Assembly (NCBI RefSeq): GCF_006345805.1
Contig: NC_043003.1
Span: forward strand, 34,968,001 to 35,032,000
DNA length: 64,000 bases
Reading direction: 5' to 3'
Origin: Octopus sinensis
Taxonomy: Eukaryota
Shown here: positions 41,707 through 54,885 of the stretch, one piece after another
How the letters are laid out: each line of letters starts with the position of its first letter
Position numbering within the stretch: position 1 is the first letter of the stretch
Notes under the pieces: model-generated
Told to the model about the DNA's origin: nothing
What the model saw: only the letters and a program-made list of their open reading frames with translations
Databases searched by the model: none
Translations under genes and position numbers: made by a program

Positions 41707-42316
41707 TCCTTCTTTCTCTTCTCCTTCTTCTTTTTCGTCTTCTTCTTCTTCTTCTTCTTCTTCTTCTTCTTTTTACTTCTACTTCGTCTTCTTCTTCTTC
41801 TTTTTCTTCTCCTTCTTCCTCTTCTCCTTCTTCTTTTTCGTCTTCTTCTTCTTCTTCTTCTTCGTCTTCTTCTTCTTTTTCTTCTCCTCCTTCCTCTTCT
41901 CCTTCTTCTTTTTCGTCTTCTTCTTCTTCTTCTTCGTCTTCTTCTTCTTCTTTTTCTTCTTCTTCTTCTTCTTCTTCTTCTTCTTCTTCTTCTTCTTCAC
42001 CACCGTCTTCGTCTTCACCTTCTTCGTCTATTCTCTTCTTCTTCTTCTTCTTCTTCTTCACCACCGTCTTCGTCTTCACCTTCTTCGTCTTCTTCTTCTT
42101 CTTCTTCTTCTTCACCACCGTCTTCGTCTTCACCTTCTTCGTCTTATTCTTCTTCTTCTTCTTCTTCACCACCGTCTTCGTCTTCACCTTCTTCGTCTTA
42201 TTCTTCTTCTTCTTCTTCTTCTTTTCCTTCTTCTTCTTCTTCTTCTTCTTCTTTTCCTTCTTTTCCTTCTTTTCCTTCTTCTTCCATTCTTTCTTTTTTT
42301 TCTTTTTCTTTCCTTT
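41617..42316. repeat. About 700-bp (TTC)n-based polypyrimidine tract with higher-order units
   Basis: Almost purely C/T on the + strand. The unit CACCACCGTCTTCGTCTTCACCTTCTTCGTCT occurs at 41998, 42059, 42113 and 42167. Confidence 0.95.
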
Positions 42317-42528
42317 CGTTCATTCATACCAAACATAAGCGCCCCAGGTCAACCTGTATGGCAAACATGTGGTCCTCTTCTTTCAATTTCTTCACTAATG
42401 TTGTTATTGTTATTGTTGCCATCGTCATTGCTGTCATACGTATGCGAAAAGGCGTGTTTGTGTAAATAACTGCTCACATACACATGTGAGTATGCACGTG
42501 TGTAAGCCTGCATGTATACACACACACG

Positions 42529-42567
<39 letters not shown>

Positions 42568-44165
42568 GTATATATTCATATATATATATCTGTGTGGTGG
42601 TGCCCATAGAAGTAAGGACGTGTGATGGATGCGTGCGTGTGTAGTATAAATCTATGTTTGTGATTGTGTGAGATGCGTTTTTGTTTCTATGAGGAATTTA
42701 AAACGATAGGAAACATGTCTGTAAGAAATGTCAGAGATTTCTTTTCCTTTAATGTTTATTGTTGTTGTTAGTTAATGGTTTTAACATTTTTTTTTGTATT
42801 TGCTTTCTGTTTTGTATTTTAATGTTTTCTTTCTGCTTTGTTGTTTATATTTTTTGCTGATGATGTTATTGTTGCCATTGCTAGTATTGTTCAATGTTGC
42901 TGTTTAACAGTACAATTGCAAGAAGATGTTTTCCTTACTGATGTCTAATAATGTTTGATATAATTTTCGCTGTCGTTGATGTAGTTGTTGTTGTTGTTGT
43001 TCTTCGTTGCTTTCGCCCAAGGCCACAGAAACTGTCAAATAGGTTCCATCAATGACCATCCTGTTCTAAGATATTCTATGTATGTGTGCAAGTGTGTGTA
43101 TGGGTGAGGCATGTGAGTGTTCGTGTGAACACATTTTCAATGCTTCATTCAATCATAAACGCAATAGTGTGTGATCTGAGGTATATTTAATTGTTGCTTC
43201 TAGCAAAAAAGCTTCTCGCTGTGGCTATGCTGCTGTTTAGTCGCAGGGCAATCTTGCTCAGGATGACAAACGGTCGAAAGTATTCCGGGTATGATTATCA
43301 AGTTATATTGCCTTATGTGCATCCTTCTCTTTTGAAGACAATGAAATATGTTGCGATAATGATGTGGCTGTTATTTCTGTTATGTCGAGAAAGTATATAA
43401 ATATTCTCTTACTAGCTCGTACGGTCGTTATTGTGGTTGTCGATATAATTGTCAATTATTACTGTCATTATAGCGTAAATGTTGACGCTGTTATTTAAGC
43501 AATTGCCGGCCTAAGACCAAAAGCATTCCAACTGTATGTAAGTAGAATATTTTTACTGACGAGCTTCAATAAGACGGAAACATATCCGGCGCTTTCGTCG
43601 GTTGCGTTATTCAATCCAGTCTGCATTATCTGTATTGGTAAAAGTGACGAATATTGGTACGATCGGTTCATGACAAGTTTAGGGGGTTCACTCATAAGGC
43701 TAAATGTTCATCTCTAGCCAAGTCAATGCTGGCCTCAGTGCTGGTAAAGTAAGTGTTAATCTTGTTTGTGTAATGATGGGTGATTTAATTTGATTTGTTT
43801 GTCAGATTTTTAGCGGGCTCGTGTTTTTTTTTCTTTTACTGTGTTTTGATTTGTGTAGCTAAATCGCCTTCCTCTGCCCCCTTTGTAAAAATATCGTAGC
43901 ATGTGATTTGGCTGACATTTCTAGCGCAACCAATGCACTAGATATAACTAATTCGAAAATGTTCCAGTATTTTACAAATGCGTGCTGCATCCACTCGTGC
44001 ACAAAACTATATTTTTGGTTAATATAACAAGGAGTTGTTAGAATCATTAGAATCGGACAAATTGTGTCATGGTATTTAGTTTCGCCGGTTTACGCAATAC
44101 ATTTAAAATCTACCAAATCTAAATAGCTTTAAACATTTTAACCATCATCATCATCATCATCATCA

Positions 44166-44223
<58 letters not shown>

Positions 44224-44234
44224 CATTATTATTA

Positions 44235-44935
44235 AGGCGGCACTCTGGGTCAAGCCGAAACCGAGGGTGGCTGAGTGTTATCTTGCGTGCTGACAAGTCC
44301 TCTAAGTACTATATCAGTCAAGCAGTGCGGTCAGTGGAAATTCTACCTAGGTGTTCTGTAGGGGGTTAGTGGAGGATAGGTGTGACGACGTCCTTGGCTA
44401 GCCTCTGGGTATCAATGAGGAACAACTGACCGATCTTTTTCGGAGGACATTCCAGCCGGCGTGTATGGATAACATCTAGACATCCCTGGCATCGCAATGC
44501 TACCGGGGAGCGTTGCTGGTTCGCGATAAACACCACAGATACGAAAGTGCCGTCAGTCGAAGCTGCCCGAGGTATGCTCGAAGCGATGAAACCGTTCTAC
44601 ACGCACTCGTCCAATATTCGGCAATTTCTCTCATGTGTGCTTATGTTGCGTGTCGTATGGATCAAGCTATCAACCGAGTCTGTTTTTAAGATTGCTCCGC
44701 CCTCTTCCTCTGGTCGGGAAGGCCGAGCAGTTTTTATCTGCATGGTGGCCAGGTGAAAGAGGTTATGTGGTGGACAAGACTGAAAGGCTTGAAGACAGAA
44801 ATTTTTCTCTCTGATTTTTTCAGGTTCCACTTGAAGAGGCGGATCAGAGGTTGACTTTTGCATTTCATCATTTCGGAGTGGATAAATTAAGTAGCAGTGA
44901 AACCTTGGGGTCGCTGTAATCGAATAGTTCCCTCC
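44235..44935 (+). mobile_element. Decayed Tx1/L1-clade non-LTR retrotransposon, 3' end of ORF2 (post-RT region with CCHC zinc knuckle)
   Basis: Manual translation gives FRRTFQPACMDNI*TSLASQCYRGALLVRDKHHRYESAVSRSCPRYARSDETVLHALVQY, a decayed C-x2-C...H-x4-C knuckle like the L1/Tx1 LPVRDKL..CPRC..ETV.H motif. After a frameshift it reads KLSTESVFKIAPPSSSGREGRAVFICMVA. Locally GC-rich, with stops and frameshifts. Confidence 0.8.
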
Positions 44936-44986
44936 CACAAAATGTCTGGCTTTGTATCTTTAGATACATCATCATCGTCGTCGTCG

Positions 44987-45032
<46 letters not shown>

Positions 45033-46329
45033 TTTTACTGGTGTGCTTGCTTTAGCAATAGATTTCGTTTCTTTAGCCATTGATACTTTTTATTGATTTG
45101 AAGGTGTTGGCTGTTGTTTTTTTTATTGAAGCTGCTATCGGTGCTTGATACTACAAATTTTGTTACTATTATTATTATTTGTTTTAACCGTTATGGTAGC
45201 GGTGTAGTTAACGCTAAGCACATTTTTGTTATTTACAAAAGCTGCTGCTGTTTATTGTGGTTATCTTGTTTATATTATGCAGTTGTTGCAATAGCATTCA
45301 GATTTCGGGTTTTCCTTTATTCCCTTACTTCTCTTGTTTCTGGCTATTATTAACCCTTTTAAAAATATTATGTCCGTGTCTCCTCATTAACATGGGAAAC
45401 ACACTCCTAGAATGCAGCCTGCGTATACAAGGTCTGCATCTGTTATGAGCAGAGCTAAAACATACTTGATAACCCGAACAAACAGGTATAAAATATAAAA
45501 CATATATCCACGCCGCCATCTTTAGCACCAATGCTTTCTCCAATGTCGGTGTCGCCATCATCATCACAATCATCAGCATTATTATTTCTTTTAATATCTC
45601 TTTTTTAAATATACGCAGACATTCTCCATGAAATAAGAGTCGCAGCTACTCATAAACACGCAAACATTAAAAAAACGCGAGCACGTACACAAACACACGC
45701 ATACACACGCACACACACACACGCTCACACAGACACACAGAAACACACACGCACACACAGTCGCTTACACACATGAATACTCAGATACACATACCCACTA
45801 CTATTCTTGTAGATTTTAAGAAAGATATAAAAGTATTATCGGTAAATGAATTTACATACGTAGAGATGTGTATGTGTCTGTGTGTGGCGGTGCATAAACA
45901 CACATACACCTGCACACACAGACACGCACACAACACATATACATATAATTTATTCCTTTCATTCTTCAATTGGTCTCGGTCACTTAACTGTCGCTCTGAT
46001 ACTAGAGCACAGCATAGCATTGTGGTATATAGTGATTACACCAGCCACTCCGAAAATTTTAAGAAGATGAAAAGCAACTTAGAACTGTTCAAGTTCATTG
46101 TACCCACTGACACATATACGCACATATATAAACATAATTGCGGGCTCGGCACACAGGCATGTACCTATAGATGCGCATGTATTTTCCAGGATATTTGTGT
46201 ATTTGTGAGGTAATGCTCATAGCTTTGCGCGTGGCTGTATATGTTGGAGTATGTTTGTATATTTACTTGTATTTTGGATCTTCATTACGCTCTAAGATGT
46301 AATTCCCCTTGCTGCCAACGAAACTATTG

Positions 46330-47170
46330 AAAATATCTTCAAAACTGTTTCAAAAGATCCACAGCCCACTCAGAATATTCTGTAAACAATATACACAAGA
46401 TTTCCAGGACAACAACAACGGAAAATTTCTCAGCGCACATTTCTAAATCGCATTGGCAAAGTTTCTAGCGTGAAACTCAGTGTACCATTGGAACAATGAA
46501 AATTAAACGGTGAAATGCGAAAGCTTAAGAAATTCAGATATACGTAAGCATGCGTGAAATACACAATAACTATAATACAATATATTTTGGGTAAAAATGC
46601 AATAACACCAATCCGGGCATCAGAAATCACAGCTCTGCAGAAAGAGAAGTCAGCCATAGCAGAAAACTGGGAAAAGCATTTCAACCAAGATCTAAAACCA
46701 TTGCATATAGCAATTATGGATAATTTCATGAAATACCAGTCATTCATCACCGTGACTACATATCGACCCTTGCTGAAGTTAGTTCTGCCCTCGAAACCAT
46801 GTTCAAGAAATATCTTCGTCGTAGCACTATTCCAACAGTTAGTTTATGATTGTGCTAGGAGGATTTTACAGAAACGAGCAACAAGAAGCATATACGTCAA
46901 CATTGCAAGGATGTAAGCATAGCCACCATCTTTAAAAAAGAAGGGAAGCAAATCTCTTAGTTTATATACTTGGGGCACAGCACATCAGTTTATTGTGGGA
47001 GGGGTCTAGCCAACAACATGCTCAATAGATTATTCCAATCAGTATCACAAGCAATAAAACTCATGTCACATTTGAGGAACATTGAGGATTGGGATATCAC
47101 CAGATGGTCTAAAAATATTGGATAAGACGGAATCGATGGACAATTATAAGCACCCTTATAACTACCCTCT
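46330..47170 (+). mobile_element. Decayed RTE-clade LINE ORF2 fragment (linker and start of RT)
   Basis: Successive frames give AKA*EIQIY, ILGKNAITPIRASEITALQKEKSAIAENWEKHFNQ, STLAEVSSALETM, QHCKDVSIATIFKK(K)GSKS and GLANNMLNRL. These are colinear with RTE ORF2 motifs (KAEEIQ.YAD, RW.EHF..LLN, PTL.EV..AI, QDWKDA.IVTIFKKG, GKILAR..LNRL). Confidence 0.82.
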
Positions 47171-47299
47171 ATTCTTTCTATCAATGGTCCTAACTGTAAA
47201 TATATATACAGTCCTAAAGTTTAAATATTACATTCGCATTTAGTATTCATGTATGTATGTATGTATGTATGTATGTATGCATGTATGTATGTATATATA

Positions 47300-47462
47300 C
47301 CGGGTTAGTCAAAAGTCACCCGACAGTAAATCAAAATTCCATATATATTCATTCCAATTATGATTGTTTAATAGTTGCATTCTGTGAGTTAAAATCACCG
47401 TTTTATTTAATTTTCTTTCAACATTTGTCTATTAGCGAAGTCTCATTCGATCGTTAACCCTG
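47300..47462. mobile_element. Possible Tc1/mariner-type MITE remnant
   Basis: TA on both sides; ends CCGGGTTA and (reverse complement) CAGGGTTA match at 7 of 8 positions. The short TIR makes this weak evidence. Confidence 0.3.
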
Positions 47463-47610
47463 TATGTATGCATATATATGTATGTATGTATGTATATATA
47501 TACATATATATATACGGATATATATTTATTCAGATATATATATATATACGGGTATATATAAATATATATGGGCAGCTAAACAGGCAGGCAGACTGGCAAA
47601 CGAAAGTCAT

Positions 47611-47989
47611 ATGACTGCGGCCATGCTGGAGTACCGCCTTTAGTTGAAGAAATCGACCCAAGAACTTATTCCTTATAAGCCTAGAACTTATTCCATCGGT
47701 GTCTTTTGCTGAACCTCTAAGTTACGAGTACGTAAACACCAACATCGTTTGTCAAGTGATGGTAGGGGGACAAACACGACACCAAACATATACATATACA
47801 CATATGTGTGTGTTGTGTATCGACAGGCTTCTTTCAGTTTCCGTCTACCTAATCCACTCACAAAGCTTTGGTCAGCCCGAAGCTATAGTAGAAGACATTT
47901 GCCTAAGTTACCATGCAGTGGGACTTGGGACCCGGAACAATGTGGTAGTTGGTAAGCAGGCTATTTACCACACAGCTATACCTGCACCT
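47611..47989 (-). mobile_element. Near full-length tRNA-derived SINE (same family as 20593-21230)
   Basis: The reverse complement gives head AGGTGCAGGTATAGCTGTGTGG, then GAGTGGATTAGGTAGACGGAAACTGAAAGAAGCC, a short TA/TG tract, and tail GGCGGTACTCCAGCATGGCCGCAGTC. Confidence 0.9.
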
Positions 47990-48034
47990 TTTTAGATATC
48001 CATAGTGAATAGAAAGTAATCAAGTGGATTGTAT

Positions 48035-48210
48035 CAGGAATTCAAAAAGGCACAGCCTTGTCACTCATTTGTCATGTAAATTCTGCTTGAGAACAATCTT
48101 AGGTGTGAACATGTCTGTAGACTCATCATCGACTTGCATATTAATTCAGGAGCTGATAATTCAATTGATTGCACAACTGAATCCTCGTCGTTGAACGACG
48201 GAGATCCACT
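48035..48210 (+). mobile_element. Degenerate 3' half of the 17988-18313 SINE family
   Basis: TTCAAAAAGGCACAGCCTTGTCAC...ACTTGCATATTAATT...CTCGTCGTTGAACGACGGAG parallels 18140-18310. Confidence 0.6.
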
Positions 48211-48256
48211 TTATATATGTATACTGAAATACACGCACATTTATGTATGTATATGC

Positions 48257-48322
<66 letters not shown>

Positions 48323-48334
48323 TATATTATATAT

Positions 48335-48380
<46 letters not shown>

Positions 48381-50311
48381 GAGAGAGAGATACAGAGACA
48401 GACAGCTAGAGACAGACAGACAGACAGATAGTTGTGTGTGTGTATTCCCATACATGTGCTTGCAAGTATCTAAGCATATGCTTCTATTTTTGTCTAAGTT
48501 TATCTGAAGTGGGAGAAAAAGAATAGAAAGTAATGTGTGTATTTGTACATGTGTGTGTGTGTGTGTGTGCTTGTGTTTCTTTGTGTGTCTATGTATTTGT
48601 GAGTGATTGTGTCTATGTAATATTCAATAGTTCAGCAACACGCTTTGTCCACTGACCCTTACCGACGTAGATTTTTCTGTATTCTTCACACTCCGCTAAC
48701 TATTCTCCTCCTATTCTCACAACATATTTCTTTCTTTCTTTCTTTCTCTCCTCCTTCCTTTCCTTCTTCCTTTCTTTCTTCCTTTCTTTCTCCTTTTCTC
48801 TTGTCTTCCTTCTCTCTGCTCTTCTTTCTTTTCCTTTTCTTTTCTTTCTTTGCTTTTCTTTCCCTGTCCGTCTCTCCCTCTCTCAATTTCTTCTCCCTTC
48901 TCCCTCTACCTTCTCTCTCTGCCTTTCTCTCTGTTACTCAAGTCGTAACACTCGCCCTCTTCTCTTTCCTACTTTCACTTTCCGTTTTTTTTTTCGTTTC
49001 CTTTCTTTTTCCTCTTATTTTTATGTACATCTGTCAATCTACCTATCTTCTATCCACATTTCTACCAGGCTATCAATCTACCAAACTATCTACTTATCTA
49101 CCTACCAATCTACTTACTCTCTTCCTCCCTTCCTCCCTCCTCTCCCTATATAACTATCTACCAACATACATACATACATATATACAATAAGCATATATAG
49201 TTTCCACTCTTTCTCTCTCTCTCTCTCTTTCTCATTTTCTTTCTCTTGATTCTCTCTAATTTAATTTTCAGACACTTAGTTCTTCGTACTTTCTTTCTCA
49301 ATCTCTTGATATGTATGGGGGTGTATTTAATTATGATTGTACGTATATACGTATGTATGTATATGATGAAAAGCTGCTGCCATTCATAGAAGTATACACA
49401 CACACACATAATAATTCATATATATATAAGTATATATATATTTTTATATTTCCATGTCTCTCTGTCTCTATCTCGCATGCTCTCTCTGTCCCCTCTCCTC
49501 TTTCTTTCACTCTCTGCTATGCATATACACAAACATATTCATTTCTAACATTGCTTTATTCCTCTAACACGACCACGTTTTCTCTTTCTCATACTCCTAT
49601 TCATCGCCTTTAAGTTGTATTTCATCCTTATTATCTCATACACTCACATTTAGATTTCTTTCTTTCTCTCTTTTTCTCTGTCTCTCACCCTTTCTCCTTT
49701 TCCCAAGCTCTCACGTCCTCTCTATGTTCGTTCATTTATCTCACCACCTTCTCTCTCTATCTCTCACCCCTCACTCTTCCTCATTCTATCCCTACATCTA
49801 TCTCTGATTCGTATATTTCACTCATCTCCCTCTTCCCCTTCTCATCCTCTGACTTTCAGTATTTCGTAATAAATCTCTCATGAACATGAAACGCAACCTT
49901 CCCAGCTTTCCCACGGATTCTACGTAAATCAAACCTCAGAAACCAATAGCAACAAACAACTTAGGTTCACCACACCATCGCCCAGTGGTTCCAGCTATGA
50001 ATCCTACCCCGCCCTAACTCACTCAACTTATGCTTCTCTTCTGGATCATAATTTGATGAAAATTCAACAAAATAAATATATAAATGAGTGAATAAACAAA
50101 TAAATAAATAAATAACAATGAAATGGTTGATATTTGTTGTCTACTCCATCCGATTAATAATATTCTCTTTCATTTTATTTTTCTTATTTTCTTACTCGCT
50201 CTCGATATATGCGTAGGAATATAATACGTAGGCGCACGCATACACACGATTTACGCTGTTCGTGCGTATCTATGTGTATATATGTGCTTAGGTAAATATG
50301 TTTATATATAT

Positions 50312-50357
<46 letters not shown>

Positions 50358-51625
50358 AGGGAGAGAGAGAATTATGTAAATAAATGGAAGTGCTCAGAAA
50401 TATACGCAAATACATATATATGCGAGTGTATGAGAGTGCATCCCACAAACATATATACATAAATATACGCACATATATAAGTAGGTATGTATCTATATGT
50501 ATGTAGATATGTACTTGCACATATATATGTATGTATTTATATAAGGAACAATCCAAATACATCCGCATGTATGGACAATTATGCATGCTAATATAAATCA
50601 ACCAAATATATCTATGTATTTGTATCTGCTTGCACGTGTCTGTCTCAGTGTTTGTCTGTGTGCATATATGTATGTGTGTGCGTAGGTGCATGTGTGTGTA
50701 TGCTTGCGCGCACCAACGCTTGTATGTATATGTTTGTATGCAGCAATTTGCTTCAGATCTGAAATATGTGCTTCACCGTGGATACCAATTTTGACTACAT
50801 TATGTATAGTAAATTTACTTAATGCTTTGTCAGTTTAACCCCATCCTGAATACAATTTTTGTTAATGCTAAAGATATCTCGTTGAGTGTTATAGAGCTAT
50901 CGTAAATTGCTACACTTAACGTTACATTCTACTTCCGTTCTCATTGGCACTCACTGTTCTTCCATCAACGTCTTCTAGTCGGTTAGCCAAATTTAGAACG
51001 AATACAGCAAAAGTATTGTCATTCAAGGCAACGTTCATATTGATAAGAACAACGACAACAATAGTAAAACCAATAAAAATGCGAACGAATTTATTAATCT
51101 TTGAAAGAATTATTATTTTTCCTGTCTTTTCTTTTGTTTTGATATTCTATTGTTTTAAACATGCAATTTTCATTCTCTCACTTCCTTTCTCACTTCAGTT
51201 GTTTTAAAATGTTCGTCTGTTTAAGATGTTTAGCAGATCAAAGCCATTTGCTTGGCTGAAAGCATAAATACAAAATAGGTTTTCTCCTCTTTGGCGCGTG
51301 GAAATCAATTTTCACAAGATTCTATGCCAATATTATATCAGGCATATCAGATTAAAGCCCATGTGCCAAGCAGAATCGGGTTTGTAACTTTTTTTTTCCT
51401 GAGATAATGGAGAAGACTCTTACTAGTTATCTAATACTTCGTGGCCTTTGACGCTGGGATGTATTGAAAAATCAATTGAATTTACTCTCCAGTGCCTGGC
51501 TTTTGGCTCGCAAACGATTTTCTCACCGCCGTCAAAGTTGTTTACGATTTCACTATAGCATAAAGTTGAAGTTTCAAATCCTAGTGTTGAGATATTTGCC
51601 ATCAGGCACTCTGCATCACATATAT

Positions 51626-51686
<61 letters not shown>

Positions 51687-51687
51687 C

Positions 51688-51890
51688 CGCGTGTGTACCG
51701 TCGGCGATTTTTTTCCTCTGTCTTCCCTTCTCTGGATCTTTCCTTCTCCTATGTTTCCACCGAAGAGCTCCGCTCGAAACGTTAAACCCTCCTTCTTTCC
51801 TTCTTTCCTGAGCGTCCAATAATACTATATTTGTTCCACGTCCTCGCGTTGTTGTGTTTTTTTGTGCTTTCTTGTTTGGATTAACTTTAT
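51688..51890 (+). mobile_element. Short (TA)/(CA)-embedded element with hammerhead-like motif (family C, Penelope-like terminal repeat)
   Basis: Architecture like family A: pyrimidine-rich leader, GAAGAGC..GCTCGAAACGTTAAA motif, CTGAGCGT, and a T-rich tail into (TA)n. Confidence 0.6.
51753..51787 (+). ncRNA. Minimal type I hammerhead ribozyme skeleton with mutated core
   Basis: gttt-CCACCGA-A-GAGC(TCC)GCTC-GAAAC-GT-T-aaac. Helix I (gttt/aaac) and helix II are perfect and helix III is the palindrome AACGTT, but the core deviates from CUGANGA. Confidence 0.55.
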
Positions 51891-53269
51891 ATATACATAT
51901 ATTTTCATGCACACATGTACATATATGTTTACTAGGTGGAGGTGTATACAGTAGACCTTCGGTCCAAACGGCTCTCGATTTGGACTGTTTCATTTTCCTA
52001 AGTTTTGATTTCCTTTCATCCTTTCTTGGATGAGTCAGACATCCATCTAAACCAAAGCTGAAATCAAAGCAATCTTTTTTTCTTTTATCTATATATTTTA
52101 TAAAATATCTCCAACAGGGGATATTAGTTGCTTTGAGTGAACAAACCGATTGCTTCAGAAATGAAAATTATTATAGTAAATCAAACTGGAGACATTTCAC
52201 CAGAAAGTGTGAAATAGGTAAATATAAAAGAATAGATTTTGAAAACAATTAAATGATAGAAAAATAAAGGAAAATTAGTCTAGTTATAATCAGTGGATTT
52301 TCAATACTTGTTAAAAATACATCAAATATACATAGATAATAATTTTATAGAAACCGCAAAAAACCTATTTGGCATAGAATATAATGCCCCCATATAATAT
52401 ATATATATATATATTATATATATAAATATACGTGTGTGTGTGTGCGTGTGTGTGTGTGTATGTGTGTGTGTGTTGTGTGTGTGTGTGTGTGTGTGTGTGA
52501 ATACTCACGTGATAATCTTATTATCCACTTTTCGAAAGATAATTGTTAAAATGTGTTTTTTGTTTTGTTTTTATTTTTTAAGTAATATCTTTAAAATCAT
52601 ACCTCGACCGTTTTACATGATTTTGATTTAAACAGTGACTCACTGAGTCACTCTACCGTGTACACAGAGGATCAATTGTATATCTATGCATAAGCGCGTG
52701 TTCACATACACATATCTACAATAACCGATGTGAACGTACATGGTTAGTTGGCTGGCTGGCTGGCTGGTTGGTTGGTTGTTTGGTTTATTCTCCGTCATGC
52801 TTTATATATTATAGAAAGGCGGAGAGAGGAGAAGTGAGAGTACAAAAAGAAATGCAGAGTGAGGAAAGCACATACTAGGCTTGCAGGCAGGCAACGAGTC
52901 AAGAAGGGGTACAAAATACGTGCATTGTGAGAGAAAAATAGCTATAGAAATAGAGATGGTGTAGGAAAGGGAGTGTATATATATATATATATATACGCAG
53001 AGGGAGAGAGGGAGAAAGAGTGAACAGAAAGACAGGATGAGTTGTGTATAACGTATCAAGATTTTTAATGTAGACATGTATACTTTTCTGATTGAAACCT
53101 ATGCTTTATGAGAATAAACATTTTAATAAACATATACAAATATTTTGATTTTTGCTTTGTCGAATATTTGACTTCTCTAAGAGTCTAGCTGTTAAGCGAT
53201 CGAATCAACAAATGTTCCTTAAATTTGAGCATGTTTGTCTATCTCTCTGTCTGTCTGTACCCCCCCCCC

Positions 53270-53307
<38 letters not shown>

Positions 53308-54766
53308 GGTGTAGATTTGGTAAAGCATCGGCTGATATTATTTTAAAGAAGTAAAAATTAGAACTTGTATTCTTACGAATATTTTGGATTTTTCTGTAAA
53401 TTAATTCCACTTGCTAGGTCTGGCGAAAGTGATATGATGCAGCCAATACTAATGCCGCGTGTAATTTTGAAAATATTTTTATACATAGAAACATTTTGTA
53501 TATATACAAATTTTCAATAGATATACCGCGAAATATAACATTTAATTCTTTTGCTGAGAAATAACTTGCTCTACTCGAAGATTTATCATAGTCATATTGG
53601 AAAGACATATGGGATTATTTGGAAGTGCATGGATTTTGTCTCAACTGTATGGGTAATACATTCGACACACATCTTGATGATCAATTTTGGGGTCAGGTTT
53701 GCTCCTAACCTACAGCATTGTGCGCGCACGCCAGTGGTTTGCATTGTGATTTTCCAGGTTGGTAATTGTTATGGATTTTAGAAAAACAATATTTAATACG
53801 TATACAATACATTACAATGTGTTCGCCATAGGTTTAATAGCCAGAAGTATTTTCGTCGTATATGACTTGTTTTACTTTTACAAAATTTTACGTATGCAAC
53901 TCTGTGTGTGTGTCTGTGTCCGCGCGCGCGTTACTTTGGCTTAAGAAAGTGCTGCGTATTAAGCGGACTAACGGACTAGTAGCCTCAAAATTTTTGGGTG
54001 AATATTCTTTTTCAACTGGTAATACAGTCTTACATTTTATATTTGCCGTATTATTTTCGCACACATATCCTATTAAAACTGAACCTCAAATTCACAGTCG
54101 TTACTTTCAGGCGTACATATCTCCGAGTGGAAGTATCAAAGTAGTCTAAAATATCCATTTTTGTTCTCTAACAAAAGGTTAAATGATCATAGGAATTGCG
54201 CAGCTAAATTTCTTAACATGAAAACAGTAAAATGAAAATGCGGACGTATGTAAATTTAATAATTAGAAAGAAGGGAAATGTTTAAAATTCAGAATATTTT
54301 GCAGTGGTAAGGGAATTAGAAATAAAAGTCTCTAAAACAAACGAAAATATAATACAATGCATTACAAACATTTCGACGTCTAGCTTTGGAATGCGACGGT
54401 TCTTTCTTTCTTTCTTTTTCCCTTTTATTTATTTATTTATTTATTGAAAAATGAATGAATGAATGAATAAATAAACGAAAAAATAGAGTAATAAAAATAC
54501 GACTGAGAATTCAAAAATTCAAAATTTGTGAAAATTCAAGAAAATAAATAATAAATTAATTAATTACTCATGATTAAGATCATTTAAAATTTTGCCAGAG
54601 ATACAAAATAGTTGGTGCAGAGTTGTAATAGTTTGGTTGTAACAATTTCCCGGGCAAATTGTAACAGAGTAGCTCAGTGGTAATTTGGGATTTGAAAACG
54701 TGGTAGTAGGTTTTGTTTAAGTAGGGGGAAGCGTACGATATATCTACATGTAATTTTACGTCCCCC

Positions 54767-54885
54767 TTTACCTTCTGAGTTCAAAATCCGCCGAAGTCGA
54801 TTTTTTTTATGCCTTTCATCTTTTCGGGGTCGATTGAATAAAAGTACCTGTCAAGTATTGAGACCTACTGAAATGACATCTCCAT
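54767..54885 (+). mobile_element. SINE fragment (second family)
   Basis: TTCTGAGTTCAAAATCCGCCGAAGTCGA...GCCTTTCATCTTTTCGGGGTCGAT, the reverse of 22204-22280. Confidence 0.75.

Noticed and set aside
41998-42200. Four 32-nt repeats separated by spacers, superficially CRISPR-like
   Set aside because: The spacers are (TTC)n runs rather than unique sequence, the context is eukaryotic, and no cas genes are present. It is a minisatellite.
40882-42469. Longest ORFs (527 aa and 344 aa on +, 195 aa on -)
   Set aside because: They are open only because they cross CT/TTC low-complexity tracts; the products are poly-F/L/S/E/K/R.
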